DNA from: a virus
Lineage: Duplodnaviria > Caudoviricetes
Virus record (IMG/VR): IMGVR_UViG_3300011423_000004
Coordinates: 1 to 46,253 of that record
Direction: 5' to 3' (one strand)
DNA: 46,253 nucleotides
Shown: piece after piece, positions 18,282 to 26,253 of the stretch
How positions within the stretch are numbered: the first letter of the stretch is position 1
Layout of the letters: every line of letters begins with the position of its first letter
Made by a program: the position numbers and the translations under genes
Notes under the pieces: generated by a model
Database searches by the model: none
Told to the model about the DNA's origin: nothing
What the model saw: the letters and a program-made list of their open reading frames with translations, nothing else

Positions 18282-18609
18282 GCTGTGCAGGCAATTTCCC
18301 TCTATCGCTGTGCGTGGTATATTTCCCATTCAGCTGTGCAGGCAGTACGACTTTAGGGGGGAAGACCCCCCTAACCCTCTTTGGCTGTGCAGTCCCACTA
18401 TGTCATATAGAGTACTCTCGTGTCATGTCGCTCGAGTACCATAGAGTACCTACAAAATTGTCCTACGAAAATGTTTTGAGTCGTCAAACACGCGCCGGCG
18501 TGCCTGGCGGAACAAAATGTTTTGACTGTTCAAACCGGTGCATAGGGGGCGGTCCAAACTTGGTCAGGGGCTGTGCGTGCCGGAAGACCGGCGGCGGTTT
18601 TCGCTGTGC
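18282..18609 (+). repeat. GCTGTGCR motif cluster 1 (6 copies)
   Basis: Copies at 18282, 18307, 18333, 18384, 18570, 18603. Confidence 0.85.
18468..18535. repeat. Two 22-bp direct repeats, each with TTTGA-N4-TCAAA dyad (operator-like)
   Basis: AAAATGTTTTGAGTCGTCAAAC (18468) and AAAATGTTTTGACTGTTCAAAC (18514). Confidence 0.7.
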
Positions 18610-18650
18610 GTGTCAAGCAGAAAAAAAGTGCGCCCGCGTGTCGATTGTTG

Positions 18651-18678
18651 TTGCGGAAGCCCTTGACTGTGCTAGACT
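18651..18678 (+). promoter_or_regulatory. Extended -10 promoter candidate
   Basis: TTGCGG-16 bp-TAGACT with TG at the extended position; A-tract upstream; TGTCGGCA/TGCCGACA hairpin immediately downstream. Confidence 0.4.
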
Positions 18679-18717
18679 TCTCTTGTCGGCATGGTGCCGA
18701 CACCAAGGAGCGAAGCA

Positions 18718-19164
18718 GTGAAACACTTGAAGCTCGAAGCGACGACGGGAATGGGCTACGGGAAGAAGCTCGCGGCCCCAATCACGTTCCAGTACGAGGC
18801 GGACGTGTACGAAACGGTCGAGGAAATGTTCGCGGCCAAAGCAGGTCTGACGCCGATGGAACAGCTGAAGGCGCGTAACACTCAGCTGCAGAACAAGGCG
18901 CGTAGCAATCAGCAGACGCTGACGCTCGCGGCTCACGGTATCGCCAAGCCCGACATCAAGCAGGATTTCGAGCTTCAGGTCAAGAAGTTCGAGCTGCTCT
19001 ACAAGTCGATTGGCTATTCCGACGAAATGGCCACGGCTGAAGCTGTCAAGGCGGCGACCGCTGCTCGTGACGCGGTCAAGGCGGCGAAGCTCGCGGCGGG
19101 CGAGTCGGACGACGACGAGGCGGACGACGCGACGGAAGACACCACGCCAGAACCGGTGGCGTAA
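18718..19164 (+). CDS. Early hypothetical protein with Ala-rich helix and acidic tail
   Basis: GTG start with AAGGAG RBS; strongly G/C-ending codons; followed by a terminator. Confidence 0.75.
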   Translation: MKHLKLEATTGMGYGKKLAAPITFQYEADVYETVEEMFAAKAGLTPMEQLKARNTQLQNKARSNQQTLTLAAHGIAKPDIKQDFELQVKKFELLYKSIGYSDEMATAEAVKAATAARDAVKAAKLAAGESDDDEADDATEDTTPEPVA

Positions 19165-19173
19165 CACTCTACC

Positions 19174-19203
19174 GGGCCGGGACACCAAACCGGCCCACTT
19201 TCT
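19174..19203 (+). terminator. Rho-independent terminator candidate
   Basis: GGGCCGG/CCGGCCC stem followed by ACTTTCT. Confidence 0.5.
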
Positions 19204-19215
19204 AACGGGTGACTC

Positions 19216-19368
19216 ATGCGATACGGATACTGGACGGAACGCCGCTGGGACAGCTACGCAGATTGTCCAGGCGACATCGTGGACTACCACATCGGTGCGG
19301 CGACCTGCCGGTGGTTCATCGGAGTGCGGTGGTCCCGGCTCTCGGAATGGCCGGGATGGGGGGCTTAG
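19216..19368 (+). CDS. Small Trp-rich hypothetical protein (50 aa)
   Basis: Hand-found: MRYGYWTERRWDSYADCPGDIVDYHIGAATCRWFIGVRWSRLSEWPGWGA. Confidence 0.4.
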   Translation: MRYGYWTERRWDSYADCPGDIVDYHIGAATCRWFIGVRWSRLSEWPGWGA

Positions 19369-19392
19369 CCCCTCGACCCCCCTCCCCTCTTC

Positions 19393-19485
19393 GCTGTGCG
19401 CCTCCCTCCCATCTAGCTGTGCATCTCCCTCGATAATACGGCTGTGCGCCCGACACCGGAGTACCGGCGTCCGCGTAAGCTGTGC
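19393..19485 (+). repeat. GCTGTGCR motif cluster 2 (4 copies)
   Basis: Copies at 19393, 19416, 19441, 19479. Confidence 0.85.
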
Positions 19486-19699
19486 GCTAGTCTTCTGTAA
19501 TCTAGACCTGTAATTCACACACCTTTTCTAGACTCTGTGTGTGTATGGGTCTGTGTTCGAGAACCTCCCGACCGACCACACACACCCCCTTGCCGCCTTC
19601 CGCGCCTTGCCTTTTCTTCGTATCTTTAATATATATATTTTTTTATAGAATGTAATGAAAAATGGACAAGATTTGTAATCAAATGTGGACAGCGGACTC

Positions 19700-19729
19700 T
19701 TGACAGGCTGTGTGTGGTCATGCTAGGAT
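19700..19729 (+). promoter_or_regulatory. Sigma70-type promoter
   Basis: TTGACA-18 bp-TAGGAT with extended -10 TG; AT-rich tract upstream. Confidence 0.55.
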
Positions 19730-19839
19730 CGACTCGACAGACGCGCACACACAGACGGACTCGACCGGGTGACCGTATCTCATTGATTCCAAAAGGGTTA
19801 CACGGCATCGAGGATGTCCAATTGCTCAGGGAGAGTGTA

Positions 19840-20094
19840 ATGGCTAAACATCCACATCTGCTCTTGCTCGTAAACAAGAAGACATGGAAATGCAATCTCG
19901 AAGGATGCGGATTCTTCGTACACCTCGGACTCGCACACATCCTCATTGGCAAGCAGGCTATATGCTGGTCATGCGAAGAGAGGTTCGTTGTGTCGGAAGA
20001 CAGTCTGAAAGAAGAGAAGCCTAGGTGTAATGAGTGTAAGATTGGAGTATCAGAGGATGTAATCGAACAGATGCTCAAGGATAAGGGTCTATGA
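19840..20094 (+). CDS. Zinc-finger-like small protein
   Basis: WKC-x4-C, CWSC...CNEC; GGGAG RBS before ATG 19840. Confidence 0.6.
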   Translation: MAKHPHLLLLVNKKTWKCNLEGCGFFVHLGLAHILIGKQAICWSCEERFVVSEDSLKEEKPRCNECKIGVSEDVIEQMLKDKGL

Positions 20095-20276
20095 AGAACG
20101 ACACGCACAAAGCAGACTATCGGAGGCAATACCGGCAGCATCACGAGGAGGCCATCCACGAAAGAATGGCAGCCTTACAGGAAGCTATCACTCACTACAT
20201 GCATATCGATGTAATGTTTGAGGCATGGTATGCTCAGAAGTTCCCTGAAGAATCAGGTGGATTGTTTGTGAAATAG
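20091..20276 (+). CDS. Hypothetical protein
   Basis: 61 aa, ATGA coupling. Confidence 0.55.
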   Translation: MKNDTHKADYRRQYRQHHEEAIHERMAALQEAITHYMHIDVMFEAWYAQKFPEESGGLFVK

Positions 20277-20379
20277 TCTATACAAACCAGACCTGAGTCC
20301 GCTCGACTCATATCCGGGCACCCCCACTAATAGCGGTCTGACGGCCCAGAACGGCCCTAGGACCGCTATTACTTGGGGC

Positions 20380-20409
20380 TTGACACCAAGTCGGACCGCG
20401 AGGGAGAAT
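20380..20409 (+). promoter_or_regulatory. Sigma70-type promoter candidate
   Basis: TTGACA-18 bp-GAGAAT. Confidence 0.4.
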
Positions 20410-20488
20410 GGAGCGTGCCCACGGTTCGCCTACCTGTTATCCAGCCGTCTAGACAAGGCACCGCGACAATCCGAAAGGACGTGAGACG

Positions 20489-20707
20489 ATGAAAAGGTTC
20501 TACTGCAAGGTTTGCAAGCGAGTCAAGCGCGTTCGTCGTGTCCCTCTCACAGTGGACACCCCATCGGCATACGCAGTCACAGAACGTGTCGGTATGTGCT
20601 CATGGCATGTCATGGGCCGTGTTCACATCCCACGTACTCCCACCACTCGAATCAAGTCGGTCACTATCACGAAGACTGCCAAAGTCTCTCGTAAGGGAGG
20701 CAGGTAA
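20489..20707 (+). CDS. Basic zinc-finger-like small protein
   Basis: CKVC...CSWH; K/R-rich; AAAGGA RBS. Confidence 0.6.
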   Translation: MKRFYCKVCKRVKRVRRVPLTVDTPSAYAVTERVGMCSWHVMGRVHIPRTPTTRIKSVTITKTAKVSRKGGR

Positions 20708-21402
20708 TGTTCATCGTTAACAAGAAGCCTGTGGTCGTGGGCGATTGTGAAGCCTGCACCAAATCCATTAACGTCGAACTCTTTCCCAGCGAAGGAAACA
20801 TGCTGATTTGCAAGGCGTGTTTCGATGTGGAAAAGGCCGTTGTGAAGACTCCCGCTCAGACCCTCGTACTGGCCGACCGTATCGATTCCACGCTGAATCG
20901 AGCCACGGATATCTTCAATGCGAACATCATGTCGAATCGTGAGATTTACGCCGCGATTCTGGCAGACGAGACAATCGAACAGGACAAGAAGGAGACTGAG
21001 TATACGCGCAGAATCGATGCGCGTAGGGCACGGATTCAAGACCTGCAATTCGAACTCAAGCACGAAGACGCGGCATTACAGCAGGAGAAGACTCAGAGCG
21101 TGGCACGGATGTCTGAGGCAGAGCGTAAGAAGCACCAGAATTTCGTGGTGCCGCCTGCGCGTGGACCGCTCACCAAAGGGGCTGTCAAGAAAGCTGCGGA
21201 ATCCACTCAGCCGAAGAAATTCATTCTCAACGCACGCGGCATGGAGCTAATCAAGGAAGCATCCGTGAAGCATGGAGTTCCCACGCATTCCATCAAAATG
21301 GCAATGGAAGGGAAGCTATTCGATACTCCTGACGCGGCGGCGGCTCACATTGCTCATATGTCGGCAGCACTGAAGTCTCAGACTACTGAATCAGCTAAGT
21401 AA
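20707..21402 (+). CDS. Zinc-finger plus coiled-coil hypothetical protein
   Basis: CEAC...CKAC N-terminus, coiled-coil middle. Confidence 0.7.
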   Translation: MFIVNKKPVVVGDCEACTKSINVELFPSEGNMLICKACFDVEKAVVKTPAQTLVLADRIDSTLNRATDIFNANIMSNREIYAAILADETIEQDKKETEYTRRIDARRARIQDLQFELKHEDAALQQEKTQSVARMSEAERKKHQNFVVPPARGPLTKGAVKKAAESTQPKKFILNARGMELIKEASVKHGVPTHSIKMAMEGKLFDTPDAAAAHIAHMSAALKSQTTESAK

Positions 21403-21442
21403 TTCACTCAATCCGATACTCCGAAAGGACGGATATCACGGC

Positions 21443-23512
21443 ATGACTAGACAAGAAGCCTCACAGATGCTCCGAGACGAGCTGAATAAGCATGGTCTCA
21501 CATCATGGAGCATTCGCCTCAATCAGAATCCTGATTCGAGGTTCCTCGGTCTTTGTTCCTACAAAGACGAGTGCATCATTCTCTCCGCACACCACATCGA
21601 TATCCATCCCACACCGGATGTGGTCAACACAATCAAGCATGAAGTGGCACACGCTCTTTGTATTGGGCATGGGCACGATGAAGTGTGGGCCGCAAAGGCG
21701 CGTGAGATTGGCTGTGATAACACCATGCCTTGTTCCACTCTCAGTCTTTCTCCTGAGATTATTGACGCAATCAGGAGCGGGGCCACGGTGGAAGTCACAT
21801 TCGAGGAACAGGTAATTCGCACGCCGAAATACTCAGTCACTCGCTTGCAGGACAAGTGTGACGAGTGCGGTAAGGTGGCGAAGACTGTATCCGAGTTCAT
21901 GCACGAGTGCGACGACTTCCATCCCGACATCAAGGTCATGGAATTGGAGTGCGGCCACTACGTCGTCCGCTCCATTCCCAAGGGTACACCATTTCACACC
22001 ATGCAGACGGGTGGGAATGTGTTGTGCTTCCATGTGTGGGATAAGAATACCTGCACACTCTGCGGACGCAATCAGCCATACGCATTCCAGCTCGATGGAA
22101 TGAGATTCGGTGAAGCGGCTCTCGCTGTGAATCACGGCGTGGCAATCTTCGATGAGATGGGACTCGGGAAAACAATTCAGGCTCACGGAATTGTCAAGTT
22201 CAACAAGTCGCTGTGGCCCTGCCTGTGGATTGTCAAGTCTGGTCTGAAGTATCAGACTGCCCACTCACTCATGCGATGGATGGGGAACGAGCACATTCCC
22301 CAAATCATTGAATCCTCATCGGAGACACTCATCCCCGGACTCAAGAACTACATCGTGGGCTACGATATGCTCGTGCCCAAGACACGGACTCTCAAGTCAG
22401 GGAAAGTCGTGAACTCGGGATTCGATATCAAGAGATTCGATGAGGTGGGAATCAAGTGCGTGGTGCTCGACGAATGTCAGCAAATCAAGAATGTTGACTC
22501 GTCGCGCACTCAGATGGTTCGGCGTGTCGTGCGTGATAGAAAGGTCATCGCACTCAGCGGCACGCCGTGGAAGAATCGTGGCAGTGAATTGTTTCCCGTC
22601 TTGAATATGCTCGACCCCATGAAGTTCTATTCAGAGGCGGGATTCAAGCGTCAGTGGGTGGACACGTACTATCAGGGGTCATTTCTCAAGGAAGGTGGTA
22701 TCCGCAATATCGCACGATTCAAGGAATTCGTGAAGGACATCGTTATTCGCCGCGAAAGGACGGAAGTAATGGCAGAACTACCACTGGTCAATCGGACCAA
22801 ACTGTATGTCAAGATGGACCTGACGACTGAGACGCAGTATGACGAAGCTGTGGATGAATTCGTGAGATGGTTTGAGGAACAGCAGGGCGCACTCTCACAG
22901 ATGGCAATCATCGGGGCCATGCAGAAGATGCGTCACATCGTTGCGCTGGCGAAGATTCCAGCGACAATGGAATACGCCACGGAGTTCGTTGAAAACACGG
23001 ACAAGAAGCTGGTCATCTTCGCTCATCACAAGGATGTTCAGGCGCTTCTCTACGACGACTGCATGACTGCATTCAAGGATGAAATGCCAGTCCTGAAGCT
23101 CACGGCGGAGATGAATGGGCTTCAGCGGAATGAAGCTCAGGAAATCTTCAACAAGTCACCACGCGCAATCATGATTGCATCACAGCTTGCGGCGGGAGAG
23201 GGACTCAACCTTCAGACGTGCGCGGATTGTGTCATGCATGAGCGTCAGTGGAATCCAGCGAATGAGGAACAGTGTGAGGGGCGTTTCATTCGCATCGGAC
23301 AGACGGCGGAAGTCGTGAACGCCGTATACGCGCATTGTGAAGGACTGACGACCATTGACCCTCAGCTCGACGGAATCAATGAGCGTAAGCGTCGGATGAC
23401 CCACGCGGCCATGAACAAGGGTGAAGCGCCTCGGTGGAATGATGACGCCATGTTCAAGGAACTGGCCGAGTCCATCGTCAACGCGCACAAGCGTAAGCGC
23501 GGGTCCAAGTAG
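21443..23512 (+). CDS. SprT-like metalloprotease / Zn-finger / SNF2-family helicase fusion
   Basis: LGLC, HEVAH, HGHDEVW (SprT); CDEC, CGH, CFH..CTLC; DEMGLGKT, DECQ, SGTP, GEGLNLQ, QCEGRFIRIGQ (SNF2). Confidence 0.85.
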   Translation: MTRQEASQMLRDELNKHGLTSWSIRLNQNPDSRFLGLCSYKDECIILSAHHIDIHPTPDVVNTIKHEVAHALCIGHGHDEVWAAKAREIGCDNTMPCSTLSLSPEIIDAIRSGATVEVTFEEQVIRTPKYSVTRLQDKCDECGKVAKTVSEFMHECDDFHPDIKVMELECGHYVVRSIPKGTPFHTMQTGGNVLCFHVWDKNTCTLCGRNQPYAFQLDGMRFGEAALAVNHGVAIFDEMGLGKTIQAHGIVKFNKSLWPCLWIVKSGLKYQTAHSLMRWMGNEHIPQIIESSSETLIPGLKNYIVGYDMLVPKTRTLKSGKVVNSGFDIKRFDEVGIKCVVLDECQQIKNVDSSRTQMVRRVVRDRKVIALSGTPWKNRGSELFPVLNMLDPMKFYSEAGFKRQWVDTYYQGSFLKEGGIRNIARFKEFVKDIVIRRERTEVMAELPLVNRTKLYVKMDLTTETQYDEAVDEFVRWFEEQQGALSQMAIIGAMQKMRHIVALAKIPATMEYATEFVENTDKKLVIFAHHKDVQALLYDDCMTAFKDEMPVLKLTAEMNGLQRNEAQEIFNKSPRAIMIASQLAAGEGLNLQTCADCVMHERQWNPANEEQCEGRFIRIGQTAEVVNAVYAHCEGLTTIDPQLDGINERKRRMTHAAMNKGEAPRWNDDAMFKELAESIVNAHKRKRGSK

Positions 23513-23567
23513 GACAGATGGGGGGCGCGCATCCTACACGCGCATTCAGTCTAACGGAGGCAAACTA

Positions 23568-23684
23568 ATGAGACTCACAATCTATTGCATGGCACCGTGG
23601 CAGTTTTTCATCTCACGTATTCCCGGTGAATACACGGCGATTCGTGTGGGATGCATCCACATAGATTGGCATAGGGTGAACTAA
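23568..23684 (+). CDS. Small hypothetical protein (38 aa)
   Basis: GGAGG RBS, ATG 23568, TAATG coupling. Confidence 0.45.
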   Translation: MRLTIYCMAPWQFFISRIPGEYTAIRVGCIHIDWHRVN

Positions 23685-23932
23685 TGGGCAGGGTTGAAAT
23701 GACACAAGAGATGCTCAAGGACTTCGATAAGTTCCGTGAAGCCGTAATGGATTACATGGAATACATCGGTGTCCCTGAATACGTCGAATCATTCGAGCCA
23801 GAAGATGTGGCTAAGACATTCTACAACTCGATGGTAGATGGCTACATGTGGGGCATCAGCACGCGCATGTGTGCCCTCGTTATCTTCTCATGCACTCTGG
23901 AGAAGATTAACAGTCAATTCGTGAAGAACTGA
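23684..23932 (+). CDS. Hypothetical protein
   Basis: 82 aa in operon. Confidence 0.6.
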   Translation: MGRVEMTQEMLKDFDKFREAVMDYMEYIGVPEYVESFEPEDVAKTFYNSMVDGYMWGISTRMCALVIFSCTLEKINSQFVKN

Positions 23933-23933
23933 C

Positions 23934-24083
23934 ATGAAGATTCTGATTCAGTTCTACGTCGGCTCAGTCCTTCGCGCTCAGGTCATTACTGAGCAAGGCA
24001 TGTATGCTGAGAAACTCAAGGCAGCATATCTGAATCGCACTGGTGGTTGCTCTATCTCTCAACGCGCAGACAAGGAGAACTAA
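23934..24083 (+). CDS. Small hypothetical protein (49 aa)
   Basis: Hand-found MKILIQFYVGSVLRAQV...; fills the gap exactly. Confidence 0.5.
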   Translation: MKILIQFYVGSVLRAQVITEQGMYAEKLKAAYLNRTGGCSISQRADKEN

Positions 24084-24084
24084 C

Positions 24085-24534
24085 ATGGAAACTAGACTAG
24101 TAGACCGAAAGAATTGGGGACGTGGTGAGTGGGACATGGAGCCTGATAGAGTGGACTTCATTCACGCGGGTTTCTCCTGCTTCATTCAGCGTGGTCCTGT
24201 GGGCGCATGGTGTGGGTATGTTGGTGTGCCCGCGTCCCATCCTGCATACGGCAAGGATTACAATGACGTAGATGTCGCTGTGCATGGTGGCCTGACCTAC
24301 TGTGGCGCATGTGACGGCTCAATCTGCCACACGCCCGCCGAGGGAATGCCTGACGATGTGTGGTGGCTTGGCTTCGATACCAATCATTGGCAGGACGTGT
24401 CACCCGTCGATATGGGCAAGCTGCTGGACATGATTGGGTATAAGCAGGATGGCGTCTACCGAAACGTCAACTACGCGACCAAGGAGACGATGGAACTGGC
24501 GGAACAACTCGCACTCATGGGAGGGGCGAAGTGA
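24085..24534 (+). CDS. Conserved phage protein of unknown function
   Basis: WCGYV, HGGLTY, WWLGFDxxH motifs recurrent in phage hypothetical proteins; AAGGAG RBS. Confidence 0.7.
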   Translation: METRLVDRKNWGRGEWDMEPDRVDFIHAGFSCFIQRGPVGAWCGYVGVPASHPAYGKDYNDVDVAVHGGLTYCGACDGSICHTPAEGMPDDVWWLGFDTNHWQDVSPVDMGKLLDMIGYKQDGVYRNVNYATKETMELAEQLALMGGAK

Positions 24535-24815
24535 CTATCACTCGCACTAACAGACTTGGACTGGTCTACACTATCACTCCACTGGAGGGATGGGAGAGCA
24601 TCGCCTGTGTTGTGGAGATGCGTGGTGGTAAGAAGATGAGATTCAATGCCAGCGTTGGGGATATGTCACAGGGCTGGTATGATTGGATGAACGGCGCACT
24701 CATTCAGGTGGCATTCCCATTCCTGCTTGCAAGTGAGCGCGAGTTCATTATGACGGGACTGACTGACAAAGAGTGGGATGAAATGTTTACTGAGAAGGAG
24801 ACTGACAATGGATAG
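24531..24815 (+). CDS. Hypothetical phage protein
   Basis: IQVAFPFL...REFIMTG...EWD motif. Confidence 0.65.
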   Translation: MTITRTNRLGLVYTITPLEGWESIACVVEMRGGKKMRFNASVGDMSQGWYDWMNGALIQVAFPFLLASEREFIMTGLTDKEWDEMFTEKETDNG

Positions 24816-25011
24816 TAATGAACCGAAAGACCCATTCGTGCGTGCGATGCTCTCTATCGCTGACACCAGTCACAAGAGTGACAAAGCTCTGTTGGGTGCC
24901 ATCGAAGTGTTGGCACAGACCATTCTCCAATTCAATCACAAGATGGCTGACTTGGAGAAGCGCATTCAAGACCTGACGGACCTCTACATCCGTCTGTCAT
25001 CTCAGAAGTAA
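24808..25011 (+). CDS. Coiled-coil small protein
   Basis: AAGGAG RBS before ATG 24808. Confidence 0.55.
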   Translation: MDSNEPKDPFVRAMLSIADTSHKSDKALLGAIEVLAQTILQFNHKMADLEKRIQDLTDLYIRLSSQK

Positions 25012-25017
25012 TCGACC

Positions 25018-25092
25018 GGGGCAGTATCCCAACTGGCAGAGGAAACTGACTTAAAATCAGTACAGGTGTGGGTTCGACTCCCACCTGCCCCA
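25018..25092 (+). tRNA. tRNA-Leu(UAA), short variable loop, CCA not encoded
   Basis: Acceptor GGGGCAG/CTGCCCC, D-loop with TGG, anticodon arm ACTGA-CTTAAAA-TCAGT, T-arm GTGGG-TTCGACT-CCCAC, discriminator A. Confidence 0.9.
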
Positions 25093-25110
25093 AACTCTAA
25101 TGGAGACACT

Positions 25111-25887
25111 ATGTATATGACTGACATGAAGCCACTCAAGCCACTCCCACATGGTAACATCCTAATCGTGGGTACGAAGTCCAGCAATTTCGATGATGAG
25201 ATTCGCACTCACCCGCGTGTAATCATGTGGGATGGGTTGAATGAGACATGGAAGGGCAAGAGTATCCCTGAGAATGTTCAGGCTGTATTCTTTACCCGAT
25301 TCATTGGGCATAATGCATGGGGAATGATTGTCAGTGAAGCTCGTAAGAAGCACCTGACGATATTCAATCCACTAGGTACGGGAGTCATTGCTAGGCAGGT
25401 GAAGCAGCTTCTCGCTGTGCCTCCCCCTGTGCCAGTCACGCCCATCGCTGTGCATACATTGACTAACGAAGCACTCACGGAGAAGATTGAAGTGTATCAA
25501 AAACAACCGGGTAAACTCATTCCACTATTGAAGTTCATAGACTGGAACATGACGAACAAGGCCAATGCCAACTATCTCATGATTAAGGCTGAGGAATTGG
25601 GCATCAAATCCACACTCATGTCACTGAATAACTTCGTGGCAGAACATCGTCGGCGGCAGGGTATTCCCACAGTGATGAGACGCGGGCGTCCGCGTGGGTC
25701 AGTCAAGTCAGTCAAGTATCACCCACCAGTGATGCAGACAGAGAAGGGACTCGACGCGGCGGTTCAGATGCTAGACAATGCAATCAAAGAACTCAAGGAC
25801 ATGCGCGAATTCCTTGTAGCCACAACCAACGAGAACAAGTCACTCCGTACTCGTCTCACGAAGCTCAAGGAGATGTTCAATGAATAA
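25111..25887 (+). CDS. DUF2325-like domain protein with AT-hook and coiled coil
   Basis: ILIVG...VFFTRFIGH...EARKKH N-domain; RRGRPR; C-terminal heptads; GGAG RBS. Confidence 0.55.
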   Translation: MYMTDMKPLKPLPHGNILIVGTKSSNFDDEIRTHPRVIMWDGLNETWKGKSIPENVQAVFFTRFIGHNAWGMIVSEARKKHLTIFNPLGTGVIARQVKQLLAVPPPVPVTPIAVHTLTNEALTEKIEVYQKQPGKLIPLLKFIDWNMTNKANANYLMIKAEELGIKSTLMSLNNFVAEHRRRQGIPTVMRRGRPRGSVKSVKYHPPVMQTEKGLDAAVQMLDNAIKELKDMREFLVATTNENKSLRTRLTKLKEMFNE

Positions 25888-26065
25888 CGCGCACAGACAC
25901 AGCTTCATGAAGCGTGAGGATGTGATTGGTGGAGCATGGAAACTTCACTACTTGTTTCGTAATCCCAAGACCAAAAAGGTATTGATTGGATGTGAAGTGT
26001 GCCATCCAAAGAAACAACTCCGTCCAAAGCGCAACGGGCGCATCTATGAACTGGAGGCTGAGTAA
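25880..26065 (+). CDS. Small zinc-binding hypothetical protein
   Basis: HRH...CEVC. Confidence 0.55.
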   Translation: MNNAHRHSFMKREDVIGGAWKLHYLFRNPKTKKVLIGCEVCHPKKQLRPKRNGRIYELEAE

Positions 26066-26253
26066 TGACTGAGCCGCGTATCATGGTCTTCGACCGTAAG
26101 ACTGGTGAAGTCTACGAAGCTAACAAGCTGAAGATTATCGCAGACTTACGTCGGCATTACAATGCTGATGAGCCTACGGTGATTCAGGCTCTACACTCAG
26201 CCAGCATTGACAACCCCATCATCATGACAGATGTCGAGGTGTGGACAGAATAA
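26065..26253 (+). CDS. Hypothetical protein
   Basis: 62 aa, GGAGG RBS, TAATG coupling. Confidence 0.6.
   Translation: MTEPRIMVFDRKTGEVYEANKLKIIADLRRHYNADEPTVIQALHSASIDNPIIMTDVEVWTE

Noticed and set aside
18282-19485. CRISPR or mini-CRISPR array
   Set aside because: The repeat is only 7-8 bp, spacers range from 16 to over 170 bp, and there is no cas operon
18613-19518. 301-aa minus-strand ORF and overlapping 18269, 18573, 19010 ORFs
   Set aside because: Shadow frames of GC-rich sequence; Arg/Ser-rich with no RBS; the 18718 frame has the RBS, codon bias and terminator
25018-25092. tRNA as attP / prophage boundary
   Set aside because: No integrase, no duplicated tRNA 3' end noticed, and no host genes in the window
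26160-26200. Hammerhead ribozyme core (CTGATGA plus hairpin)
   Set aside because: Inside a CDS and lacks the downstream GAAA core; other CTGATGA hits I noticed are also coding
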